Shown here in pieces: positions 1-10,800 of a DNA stretch of 64,000 nucleotides (position 1 is the stretch's first letter; every line of letters begins with the position of its first letter). The DNA is from the human T2T-CHM13v2.0 reference genome, Homo sapiens. The translations under genes and the position numbers were made by a program. The notes beneath the pieces were generated by a model. It saw only the letters and a program-made list of their open reading frames with translations, was not told the DNA's origin and searched no databases. Location of the stretch: the NCBI RefSeq assembly GCF_009914755.1, contig NC_060947.1; one strand, written 5' to 3'.

Positions 1-87
1 AATAGGATTCTTCAACTCCATGAGTTGAATGCCATCCTCACAAAGTCGTTTCTGAGAATGCTTCTATCTAGTTTTTATGTGAAGATA

Positions 88-104
88 TTTCCTTTTCCAC
101 CACA
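88..104 (-). other. A-type monomer box (pJ-alpha-like) at the position where B-type monomers carry the CENP-B box; related boxes near 768, 938, 1295 and 1974
   Basis: tttccttttccaccaca occupies the box position after gtgaagata; the A/B monomer dichotomy is established for alpha satellite. Confidence 0.7.
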
Positions 105-597
105 GGCCTCAAAGCCCTCCAAACGTCCACTTGCAGATTCTCGAAAAAGATTGTTTCATAGCTGCTCTTTCAAAAGGAAAGTTCAACTCTGGGAGTTGAA
201 TACAAACATCACAAAGTAGTTTCCGAGAATGCTTCTGTTTAGTTCTTATGTGAAGATGATCCCGTTTCCAGTGAAATCTTCAAAGAGGTCCACATATCCC
301 CTTGCAGATTCCAAAGAAAGAGGGTTTCAAAACTGCTCCATCAAAAGGATTGTTCAACTCTGTGAGTTGAATGCAGTCATCGCAGAAAACTTTCTGAGAA
401 TGCTTCTGTCTAGGTTTGATGTGAAGATATAGACGTTTCAAACGAAGGCTACAAAGTGGTCAAAATATACACTTGCAGATTCTACTACAAGGGTGTTGCA
501 AACCTGAACTATCAAAGGAAGGTTCAACTCTGTGGGTTGAATACAAACATCGCAAAGAATGTTCTGAGTTTGCTTCCGTTCAGTTATGGGAAGTTGA

Positions 598-614
598 TCC
601 CGTTTCCAACGAAA
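598..614 (-). other. CENP-B box, perfect consensus; intact in only a minority of HOR copies (also 8825, 31450, 35564, 39678, 63156)
   Basis: + strand tcccgtttccaacgaaa is the reverse complement of TTTCGTTGGAAACGGGA, with all 9 essential bases of NTTCGNNNNANNCGGGN. Most other copies read tcccgttcccaacgaaa. Confidence 0.9.
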
Positions 615-1108
615 TCCTCAGAGAGGTCCAAATATCCCCTTGCAGATTCTATAAAACGTGTGTTTGGAAACTGCTCCATCATAACGAATGTTCAGCTCCC
701 TGAGTTAAACTCCATCGTCACAAAGAATTTTCTGAGAGTGCTACCGTCTAGTTTTTATATGAAGTTCTTTCCTTTACTACCACAGGCCTCAAAGCGGTCC
801 AAATATCCACTTGCAGATTCTACAAAAAGAGTGTCTGCAAACTGCTCTATCAAAAGGAATGTTCAACTCTGGGAGTTGAATGCAATCATCACAGAGCAGA
901 TTCTGAGAATGCTTCTATGTCGTTTTTAGGAGAAGATATTTCCTTTTCCAACACAGTCCTCCAAGCCCGCTAAATATCCACTTGCACATTGTAGAAAAAG
1001 TGTGTCGAAGCTGCGCTATCAAAGGGAAAGTTCAACTCTGTGAGGTGAATGCAAACATCCCAAAGAAGTTTCTGAGAATGCTTCCGTTTAGCTTTTAGCT
1101 GAAGATTA

Positions 1109-1125
1109 TCCCGTTTGCAACGAAA
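1109..1125 (-). other. CENP-B box, 9/9 essential bases, at this position in essentially every HOR
   Basis: tcccgtttgcaacgaaa, reverse complement TTTCGTTGCAAACGGGA; the only broken copy I saw has a CpG>CpA change at 23747. Confidence 0.9.
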
Positions 1126-1277
1126 TCTTCAAAGAGGTCCAAATATCCCCTTGCGGATCCCACAGAAAGAGTGTTTCGAAACTGCTGTTTCAAAAGGAAT
1201 CTTCAACTCTGTGAGTTGAATGCAATCATCACAAAGAAGTTTCTGACAATGCTTCTCTCTCGTCTTTATGTGAAGAT

Positions 1278-1321
1278 AAAGGAAAAGGCTTTCAGGCCTT
1301 TTCCACCACAGGCCTGAAAGC
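1278..1321. repeat. Net ~15-bp insertion in one monomer per HOR (~186-bp monomer) creating two overlapping inverted repeats
   Basis: gtgaagat-aaaggaaaaggctttcagg-ccttttccaccacagg versus gtgaagat-attt-ccttttccaccacagg in the monomer at ~79-106. Box spacing 1109 to 1466 is 357 = 171 + 186. Confidence 0.88.
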
Positions 1322-1636
1322 GCTCCAAATGTCCACTTGCAGATTCTGCCAAAAGAATATTTCAAAACTGCTCTATGAAAAGCAATGTTAAACTCTGCGG
1401 CTCGAACACAAACATCACAAAGCAGTTACTGAGAATGCTTCAGTTTAGTTTTTCTGTGGAAATATTCCCGTTTCCAAAGAAATCTTCAAAGAGGTCCACG
1501 TATCCACTTACAGATTCTACAAAAAGACAGTTTCAAAACTGCTCAATCAAAAGGAGGGTTCAACTGTGTGACTTGAATGCAATCATCACTCAGAAGTTTC
1601 TGAGAATGCTTCTCTTTAGTTTTTACGTGAACATAT

Positions 1637-1653
1637 ACCCGTTTCGAACGAAG
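1637..1653 (-). other. CENP-B box, 9/9 essential bases, at this position in every HOR read
   Basis: acccgtttcgaacgaag, reverse complement CTTCGTTCGAAACGGGT; fits NTTCGNNNNANNCGGGN. Confidence 0.9.
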
Positions 1654-1803
1654 GCCACCCAGTGGTCCAAATATCCACTTGCAGATTCTACAGAAAGAGT
1701 GTTTCGAACCTGAACTCTCAAAGGCAGGTTCATCTCTTCGAGTTAAATGCATTCATCATGAAGAACTTTCTCAGAGTGTTTGTGTTTAGTTATGGGAAAT
1801 TAT

Positions 1804-1820
1804 TCCCGTTCCCAACGAAA
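1804..1820 (-). other. Degenerate CENP-B box (8/9 essential bases, central A replaced by G). Other degenerate B-type boxes lie at 260, 431 and 1466 in each HOR.
   Basis: tcccgttcccaacgaaa, reverse complement TTTCGTTGGGAACGGGA. Site 260 is tcccgtttccagtgaaa and 1466 is tcccgtttccaaagaaa (TTCG broken); 431 is agacgtttcaaacgaag (CGGG broken). Confidence 0.8.
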
Positions 1821-4800
1821 TCCTCAGAGAGGTCCAAATGTCCACCTGCAGATTCTACCAAAAGTGTATTTGGAAACTGCTCCATCAACAGGCATGTTCA
1901 GCTCTGTGAGTGAAACTCCATCATCACAAAGAATATTCTGAGAATGCTTCCGTTTGCCTTTTATATGAAGTTCCTTCCTATACGACCGTAGGCCTCAAAG
2001 CAGTCCAAATCTCCATTTGCAGATTCTACAAAAAGAGTGATTCCAATCTGCTCTATCAATAGGATTGTTCAACTCCATGAGTTGAATGCCATCCTCACAA
2101 AGTCGTTTCTGAGAATGCTTCTATCTAGTTTTTATGTGAAGATATTTCCTTTTCCACCACAGGCCTCAAAGCCCTCCAAACGTCCACTTGCAGATTCTCG
2201 AAAAAGAGTATTTCATAGCTGCTCTTTCAAAAGGAAAGTTCAACTCTGGGAGTTGAATACAAACATCACAAAGTAGTTTCCGAGAATGCTTCTGTTTAGT
2301 TCTTATGTGAAGATGATCCCGTTTCCAGTGAAATCTTCAAAGACGTCCACATATCCCCTTGCAGATTCCAAAGAAAGAGGGTTTCAAAACTGCTCCATCA
2401 AAAGGATTGTTCAACTCTGTGAGTTGAATGCAGTCATCGCAGAAAACTTTCTGAGAATGCTTCTGTCTAGGTTTGATGTGAAGATATAGACGTTTCAAAC
2501 GAAGGCTACAAAGTGGTCAAAATATACACTTGCAGATTCTACTACAAGGGTGTTGCAAACCTGAACTATCAAAGGAAGGTTCAACTCTGTGAGTTGAATA
2601 CAAACATCGCAAAGAATGCTCTGAGTTTGCTTCCGTTCAGTTATGGGAAGTTGATCCCCTTCCCAACGAAATCCTCAGAGAGGTCCAAATATCCCCTTGC
2701 AGATTCTACAAAACGTGTGTTTGGAAACTGCTCCATCATAAGGAATGTTCAGCTCTCTGAGTTAAACTCCATCGTCACAAAGAATTTTCTGAGAGTGCTA
2801 CCGTCTAGTTTTTATATGAAGTTCTTTCCTTTACTACCACAGGCCTCAAAGCGGTCCAAATCTCCACTTGCAGATTCTACAAAAAGAGTGTCTGCAAACT
2901 GCTCTATCAAAAGGAATGTTCAACTCTGGGAGTTGAATGCAATCATCACAGAGCAGTTTCTGAGAAGGCTTCTATGTCGTTTTTAGGAGAAGATATTTCC
3001 TTTTCCAACACAGTCCTCCAAGCCCGCTAAATATCCACTTGCACATTGTAGAAAAAGTGTGTCGAAGCTGCGCTATCAAAGGGAAAGTTCAACTCTGTGA
3101 GGTGAATGCAAACATCCCAAAGAAGTTTCTGAGAATGCTTCCGTTTAGCTTTTAGGTGAAGATTATCCCGTTTCCAACGAAAGCTTCAAAGAGGTCCAAA
3201 TATCCCCTTGCGGATCCCACAGAAAGAGTGTTTCGAAACTGCTGTTTCAAAAGAAATCTTCAACTCTGTGAGTTGAATGCAATCATCACAAAGAAGTTTC
3301 TGACAATGCTTCTCTCTCGTCTTTCTGTGAAGATAAAGGAAAAGGCTTTCAGGCCTTTTCCACCACAGGCCTGAAAGCGCTCCAAATGTCCACTTGCAGA
3401 TTCTGCCAAAAGAATATTTCAAAACTGCTCTATGAAAAGCAATGTTAAACTCTGCGGCTCGAACACAAACATCACAAAGCAGTTTCTGAGAATGCTTCAG
3501 TTTAGTTTTTCTGTGGAAATATTCCCGTTTCCAAAGAAATCTTCAAAGAGGTCCAAGTACCCACTTACAGATTCTACAAAAAGACAGTTTCAAAACTGCT
3601 CAATCAAAAGGAGGGTTCAACTGTGTGACTTGAATGCAATCATCACTCAGAAGTTTCTGAGAATGCTTCTCTTTAGTTTTTACGTGAACATATACCCGTT
3701 TCGAACGAAGGCCACCCAGTCGTCCAAATATCCACTTGCAGATTCTACAGAAAGAGTGTTTCGAACCTGAACTCTCAAAGGCAGGTTCATCTCTGCGAGT
3801 TAAATGCATTCGTCATGAAGAACTTTCTCAGCGTGTTTGTGTTTAGTTATGGGAAATTATTCCCGTTCCCAACGAAATCCTCAGAGAGGTCCAAATGTCC
3901 ACCTGCAGATTCTACCAAAAGTGTATTTGGAAACTGCTCCATCAACAGGCATCTTCAGCTCTGTGAGTGAAACTCCATCATCACAAAGAATATTCTGAGA
4001 ATGCTTCCGTTTGCCTTTTATATGAAGTTCCTTCCTATACGACCGTAGGCCTCAAAGCAGTCCAAATCTCCATTTGCAGATTCTACAAAAAGAGTGATTC
4101 CAATCTGCTCTATCAATAGGATTCTTCAACTCCATGAGTTGAATGCCATCCTCACAAAGTCGTTTCTGAGAATGCTTCTATCTAGTTTTTATGTGAAGAT
4201 ATTTCCTTTTCCACCACAGGCCTAAAAGCCCTCCAAACGTCCACTTGCAGATTCTCGAAAAAGAGTGTTTCATAGCTGCTCTTTCAAAAGGAAAGTTCAA
4301 CTCTGGGAGTTGAATACAAACATCACAAAGTAGTTTCCGAGAATGCTTCTGTTTAGTTCTTATGTGAAGATGATCCCGTTTCCAGTGAAATCTTCAAAGA
4401 GGTCCACATATCCCCTTGCAGATTCCAAAGAAAGAGGGTTTCAAAACTGCTCCATCAAAAGGATTGTTCAACTCTGTGAGTTGAATGCAGTCATCGCAGA
4501 AAACTTTCTGAGAATGCTTCTGTCTAGGTTTAATGTGAAGATATAGACGTTTCAAACGAAGGCTACAAAGTGGTCAAAATATACACTTGCAGATTGTACT
4601 ACAAGGGTGTTGCAAACCTGAACTATCAAAGGAAGGTTCAACTCTGTGAGTTGAATACAAACATCACAAAGAATGTTCTGAGTTTGCTTCCGTTCAGTTA
4701 TGGGAAGTTGATCCCGTTCCCAACGAAATCCTCAGAGAGGTCCAAATATCCCCTTGCAGATTCTACAAAACGTGTGTTTGGAAACTGCTCCATCATAACG

Positions 4801-7800
4801 AATGTTCAGCTCTCTGAGTTAAACTCCATCCTCACAAAGAATTTTCTGAGAGTGCTACCGTCTAGTTTTTATATGAAGTTCTTTCCTTTACTACCACAGG
4901 CCTCAAAGCGGTCCAAATCTCCACTTGCAGATTCTACAAAAAGAGTGTCTGCAAACTGCTCTATCAAAAGGAATGCTCAACTCTGGGAGTTGAATGCAAT
5001 CATCACAGAGCAGTTTCTGAGAATGCTTCTATGTCGTTTTAGGAAAAGATATTTCCTTTTCCAACACAGTCCTCCAAGCCCGCTAAATATCCACTTGCAC
5101 ATTGTAGAAAAAGTGTGTCGAAGCTGCGCTATCAAAAGGAAAGTTCAACTCTGTGAGGTGAATGCAAACATCCCAAAGAAGTTTCTGAGAATGCTTCCGT
5201 TTAGCTTTTAGGTGAAGATTATCCCGTTTGCAACGAAATCTTCAAAGAGGTCCAAATATCCCCTTGCGGATCCCACAGAAAGAGTGTTTCGAAACTGCTG
5301 TTTCAAAAGGAGTCTTCAACTCTGTGAGCTGAATGCAATCATCACAAACAGGTTTCTGACAATGCTTCTCTCTCGTCTTTCTGTGAAGATAAAGGAAAAG
5401 GCTTTCAGGCCTTTTCCACCACAGGCCTGAAAGCGCTCCAAATGTCCACTTGCAGATTCTGCCAAAAGAATATTTCAAAACTGCTCTATGAAAAGCAATG
5501 TTAAACTCTGCGGCTCGAACACAAACATCACAAAGCAGTTTCTGAGAATGCTTCAGTTTAGTTTTTCTGTGGAAATATTCCCGTTTCCAAAGAAATCTTC
5601 AAAGAGGTCCACGTATCCACTTACAGATTCTACAAAAAGACAGTTTCAAAACTGCTCCATCAAAAGGAGGGTTCAACTGTGTGACTTGAATGCAATCATC
5701 ACTCAGAACTTTCTGAGAATGCTTCTCCTTAGTTTTTACATGAACATATACCCGTTTCGAACGAAGGCCACCCAGTGGTCCAAATATCCACTTGCAGATT
5801 CTACAGAAAGAGTGTTTCGAACCTGAACTCTCAAAGGCAGGTTCATCTCTGCGAGTTAAATGCATTCGTCATGAAGAACTTTCTCAGCGTGTTTGTGTTT
5901 AGTTATGGGAAATTATTCCCGTTCCCAACGAAATCCTCAGAGAGGTCCAAATGTCCACCTGCAGATTCTACCAAAAGTGTATTTGGAAACTGCTCCATCA
6001 ACAGGCATGTTCAGCTCTGTGAGTGAAACTCCATCATCACAAAGAATATTCTGAGAATGCTTCCGTTTGCCTTTTATATGAAGTTCCTTCCTATACGACC
6101 GTAGGCCTCAAAGCAGTCCAAATCTCCATTTGCAGATTCTACAAAAAGAGTGATTCCAATCTGCTCTATCAATAGGATTGTTCAACTCCATGAGTTGAAT
6201 GCCATCCTCACAAAGTCGTTTCTGAGAATGCTTCTATCTAGTTTTTATGTGAAGATATTTCCTTTTCCACCACAGGCCTCAAAGCCCTCCAAACGTCCAC
6301 TTGCAGATTCTCGAAAAAGAGTGTTTCATAGCTGCTCTTTCAAAAGGAAAGTTCAACTCTGGGAGTTGAATACAAACATCACAAAGTAGTTTCAGAGAAT
6401 GCTTCTGTTTAGTTCTTATGTGAAGATGATCCCGTTTCCAGTGAAATCTCCAAAGAGGTCCACATATCCCCTTGCAGATTCCAAAGAAAGAGGGTTTCAA
6501 AACTGCTCCATCAAAAGGATTGTTCAACTCTGTGAGTTGAATGCAGTCATCGCAGAAAACTTTCTGAGAATGCTTCTGTCTAGGTTTGATGTGAAGATAT
6601 AGACGTTTCAAACGAAGGCTACAAAGTGGTCAAAATATACACTTGCAGATTCTACTACAAGGGTGTTGCAAACCTGAACTATCAAAGGAAGGTTCAACTC
6701 TGTGAGTTGAATACAAACATCGCAAAGAATGCTCTGAGTTTGCTTCCGTTCAGTTATGGGAAGTTGATCCCGTTCCCAACGAAATCCTCAGAGAGGTCCA
6801 AATATCCCCTTGCAGATTCTACAAAACGTGTGTTTGGAAACTGCTCCATCATAACGAATGTTCAGCTCTCTGAGTTAAACTCCATCGTCCCAAAGAATTT
6901 TCTGAGAGTGCTACCGTCTAGTTTTTATATGAAGTTCTTTCCTTTACTACCACAGGCCTCAAAGCGGTCCAAATATCCACTTGCAGATTCTACAAAAAGA
7001 GTGTCTGCAAACTGCTCTATCAAAAGGAATGTTCAACTCTGGGAGTTGAATGCAATCATCACAGAGCAGTTTCTGAGAATGCTTCTATGTCGTTTTTAGG
7101 AGAAGATATTTCCTTTTCCAACACAGTCCTCCAAGCCCGCTAAATATCCACTTGCACATTGTAGAAAAAGTGTGTCGAAGCTGCGCTATCAAAGGGAAAG
7201 TTCAACTCTGTGAGGTGAATGCAAACATCCCAAAGAAGTTTCTGAGAATGCTTCCGTTTAGCTTTTAGGTGAAGATTATCCCGTTTGCAACGAAATCTTC
7301 AAAGAGGTCCAAATATCCCCTTGCGGATCCCACAGAAAGAGTGTTTCGAAACTGCTGTTTCAAAAGGAATCTTCAACTCTGTGAGTTGAATGCAATCATC
7401 ACAAAGAAGTTTCTGACAATGCTTCTCTCTCGTCTTTCTGTGAAGATAAAGGAAAAGGCTTTCAGGCCTTTTCCACCACAGGCCTGAAAGCGCTCCAAAT
7501 GTCCACTTGCAGATTCTGCCAAAAGAATATTTCAAAACTGCTCTATGAAAAGCAATGTTAAACTCTGTGGCTCGAACACAAACATCACAAAGCAGTTTCT
7601 GAGAATGCTTCAGTTTAGTTTTTCTGTGGAAATATTCCCGTTTCCAAAGAAATCTTCAAAGAGGTCCACGTATCCACTTACAGATTCTACAAAAAGACAG
7701 TTTCAAAACTGCTCAATCAAAAGGAGGGTTCAACTGTGTGACTTGAATGCAATCATCACTCAGAACTTTCTGAGAATGCTTCTCTTTAGTTTTTACGTGA

Positions 7801-10800
7801 ACATATACCCGTTTCGAACGAAGGCCACCCAGTGGTCCAAATATCCACTTACAGATTCTACAGAAAGAGTGTTTCGAACCTGAACTCTCAAAGGCAGGTT
7901 CATCTCTGCGAGTTAAATGCATTCGTCATGAAGAACTTTCTCAGCGTGTTTGTGTTTAGTTATGGGAAATTATTCCCGTTCCCAACGAAATCCTCAGAGA
8001 GGTCCAAATGTCCACCTGCAGATTCTACCAAAAGTGTATTTGGAAACTGCTCCATCAACAGGAATGTTCAGCTCTGTGAGTGAAACTCCATCATCACAAA
8101 GAATATTCTGAGAATGCTTCCGTTTGCCTTTTATATGAAGTTCCTTCCTATACGACCGTAGGCCTCAAAGCAGTCCAAATCTCCATTTGCAGATTCTACA
8201 AAAAGAGTGATTCCAATCTGCTCTATCAATAGGATTGTTCAACTCCATGAGTTGAATGCCATCCTCACAAAGTCGTTTCTGAGAATGCTTCTATCTAGTT
8301 TTTATGTGAAGATATTTCCTTTTCCACCACAGGCCTCAAAGCCCTCCAAACGTCCACTTGCAGATTCTCGAAAAAGAGTGTTTCATAGCTGCTCTTTCAA
8401 AAGGAAAGTTCAACTCTGGGAGTTGAATACAAACATCACAAAGTCGTTTCCGAGAATGCTTCTGTTTAGTTCTTATGTGAAGATGATCCCGTTTCCAGTG
8501 AAATCTCCAAAGAGGTCCACATATCCCCTTGCAGATTCCAAAGAAAGAGGGTTTCAAAACTGCTCCATCAAAAGGATTGTTCAACTCTGTGAGTTGAATG
8601 CAGTCATCGCAGAAAACTTTCTGAGAATGCTTCTGTCTAGGTTTGATGTGAAGATATAGACGTTTCAAACGAAGGCTACAAAGTGGTCAAAATATACACT
8701 TGCAGATTCTACAACAAGGGTGTTGCAAACCTGAACTATCAAAGGAAGGTTCAACTCTGTGGGTTGAATACAAACATCGCAAAGAATGTTCTGAGTTTGC
8801 TTCCGTTCAGTTATGGGAGGTTGATCCCGTTTCCAACGAAATCCTCAGAGAGGTCCAAATATCCCCTTGCAGATTCTACAAAACGTGTGTTTGGAAACTG
8901 CTCCATCATAACGAATGTTCAGCTCCCTGAGTTAAACTCCATCGTCACAAAGAATTTTCTGAGAGTGCTACCGTCTAGGTTTTATATGAAGTTCTTTCCT
9001 TTACTACCACAGGCCTCAAAGCGGTCCAAATCTCCACTTGCAGATTCTACAAAAAGAGTGTCTGCAAACTGCTCTATCAAAAGGAATGTTCAACTCTGGG
9101 AGTTGAATGCAATCATCACAGAGCAGATTCTGAGAATGCTTCTATGTCGTTTTTAGGAGAAGATATTTCTTTTTCCAACACAGTCCTCCAAGCCCGCTAA
9201 ATATCCACTTGCACATTGTAGAAAAAGTGTGTCGAAGCTGCGCTATCAAAGGGATAGTTCAACTCTGTGAGGTGAATGCAAACATCCCAAAGAAGTTTCT
9301 GAGAATGCTTCCGTTTAGCTTTTAGCTGAAGATTATCCCGTTTGCAACGAAATCTTCAAAGAGGTCCAAATATCCCCTTGCGGATCCCACAGAAAGAGTG
9401 TTTCGAAACTGCTGTTTCAAAAGGAATCTTCAACTCTGTGAGTTGAATGCAATCATCACAAAGAAGTTTCTGACAATGCTTCTCTCTCGTCTTTCTGTGA
9501 AGATAAAGGAAAAGGCTTTCAGGCCTTTTCCACCACAGGCCTGAAAGCGCTCCAAATGTCCACTTGCAGATTCTGCCAAAAGAATATTTCAAAACTGCTC
9601 TATGAAAAGCAATGTTAAACTCTGCGGCTCGAACACAAACATCACAAAGCAGTTTCTGAGAATGCTTCAGTTTAGTTTTTCTGTGGAAATATTCCCGTTT
9701 CCAAAGAAATCTTCAAAGAGGTCCACGTATCCACTTACAGATTCTACAAAAAGACAGTTTCAAAACTGCTCAATCAAAAGGAAGGTTCAACTGTGTGACT
9801 TGAATGCAATCATCACTCAGAAGTTTCTGAGAATGCTTCTCTTTAGTTTTTACGTGAACATATACCCGTTTCGAACGAAGGCCACCAAGTGGTCCAAATA
9901 TCCACTTGCAGATTCTACAGAAAGAGTGTTTCGAACCTGAACTCTCAAAGGCAGGTTCATCTCTGCGAGTTAAATGCATTCATCATGAAGAACTTTCTCA
10001 GCGTGTTTGTGTTTAGTTATGGGAAATTATTCCCGTTCCCAACAAAATCCTCAGAGAGGTCCAAATGTCCACCTGCAGATTCTACCAAAAGTGTATTTGG
10101 AAACTGCTCCATCAACAGGCATGTTCAGCTCTGTGAGTGAAACTCCATCATCACAAAGAATATTCTGAGAATGCTTCCGTTTGCCTTTTATATGAAGTTC
10201 CTTCCTATACGACCGTAGGCCTCAAAGCAGTCCAAATCTCCATTTGCAGATTCTACAAAAAGAGTGATTCCAATCTGCTCTATCAATAGGATTGTTCAAC
10301 TCCATGAGTTGAATGCCATCCTCACAAAGTCGTTTCTGAGAATGCTTCTATCTAGTTTTTATGTGAAGATATTTCCTTTTCCACCACACGCCTCAAAGCC
10401 CTCCAAACGTCCACTTGCAGATTCTCGAAAAAGAGTGTTTCATAGCTGCTCTTTCAAAAGGAAAGTTCAACTCTGGGAGTTGAATACAAACATCACAAAG
10501 TAGTTTCCGAGAATGCTTCTGTTTAGTTCTTATGTGAAGATGATCCCGTTTCCAGTGAAATCTTCAAAGACGTCCACATATCCCCTTGCAGATTCCAAAG
10601 AAAGAGGGTTTCAAAACTGCTCCATCAAAAGGATTGTTCAACTCTGTGAGTTGAATGCAGTCATCGCAGAAAACTTTCTGAGAATGCTTCTGTCTCGGTT
10701 TGATGTGAAGATATAGACGTTTCAAACGAAGGCTACAAAGTGGTCAAAATATACACTTGCAGATTCTACTACAAGGGTGTTGCAAACCTGAACTATCAAA

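Larger units (their letters stand above)
1155..3211 (-). repeat. One representative complete 12-monomer HOR unit (BamHI to BamHI, 2057 bp)
   Basis: GGATCC at 1155 and again at 3212. Box-position motifs of the 12 monomers fall at about 88, 260, 431, 598, 768, 938, 1109, 1295, 1466, 1637, 1804 and 1974, then repeat at +2057. Confidence 0.95.

Noticed and set aside
1281-1321. Hairpin resembling a rho-independent terminator or small RNA gene
   Set aside because: The context is eukaryotic satellite, with no upstream gene and no U-tract after the stem; kept only as a structural observation.
4570-5211. Longest ORF (213 aa; twin at 25138-25779)
   Set aside because: It results from a 1-bp deletion in a T-run (5040 and 25608) that fuses two satellite frames; useful only as a duplication marker.
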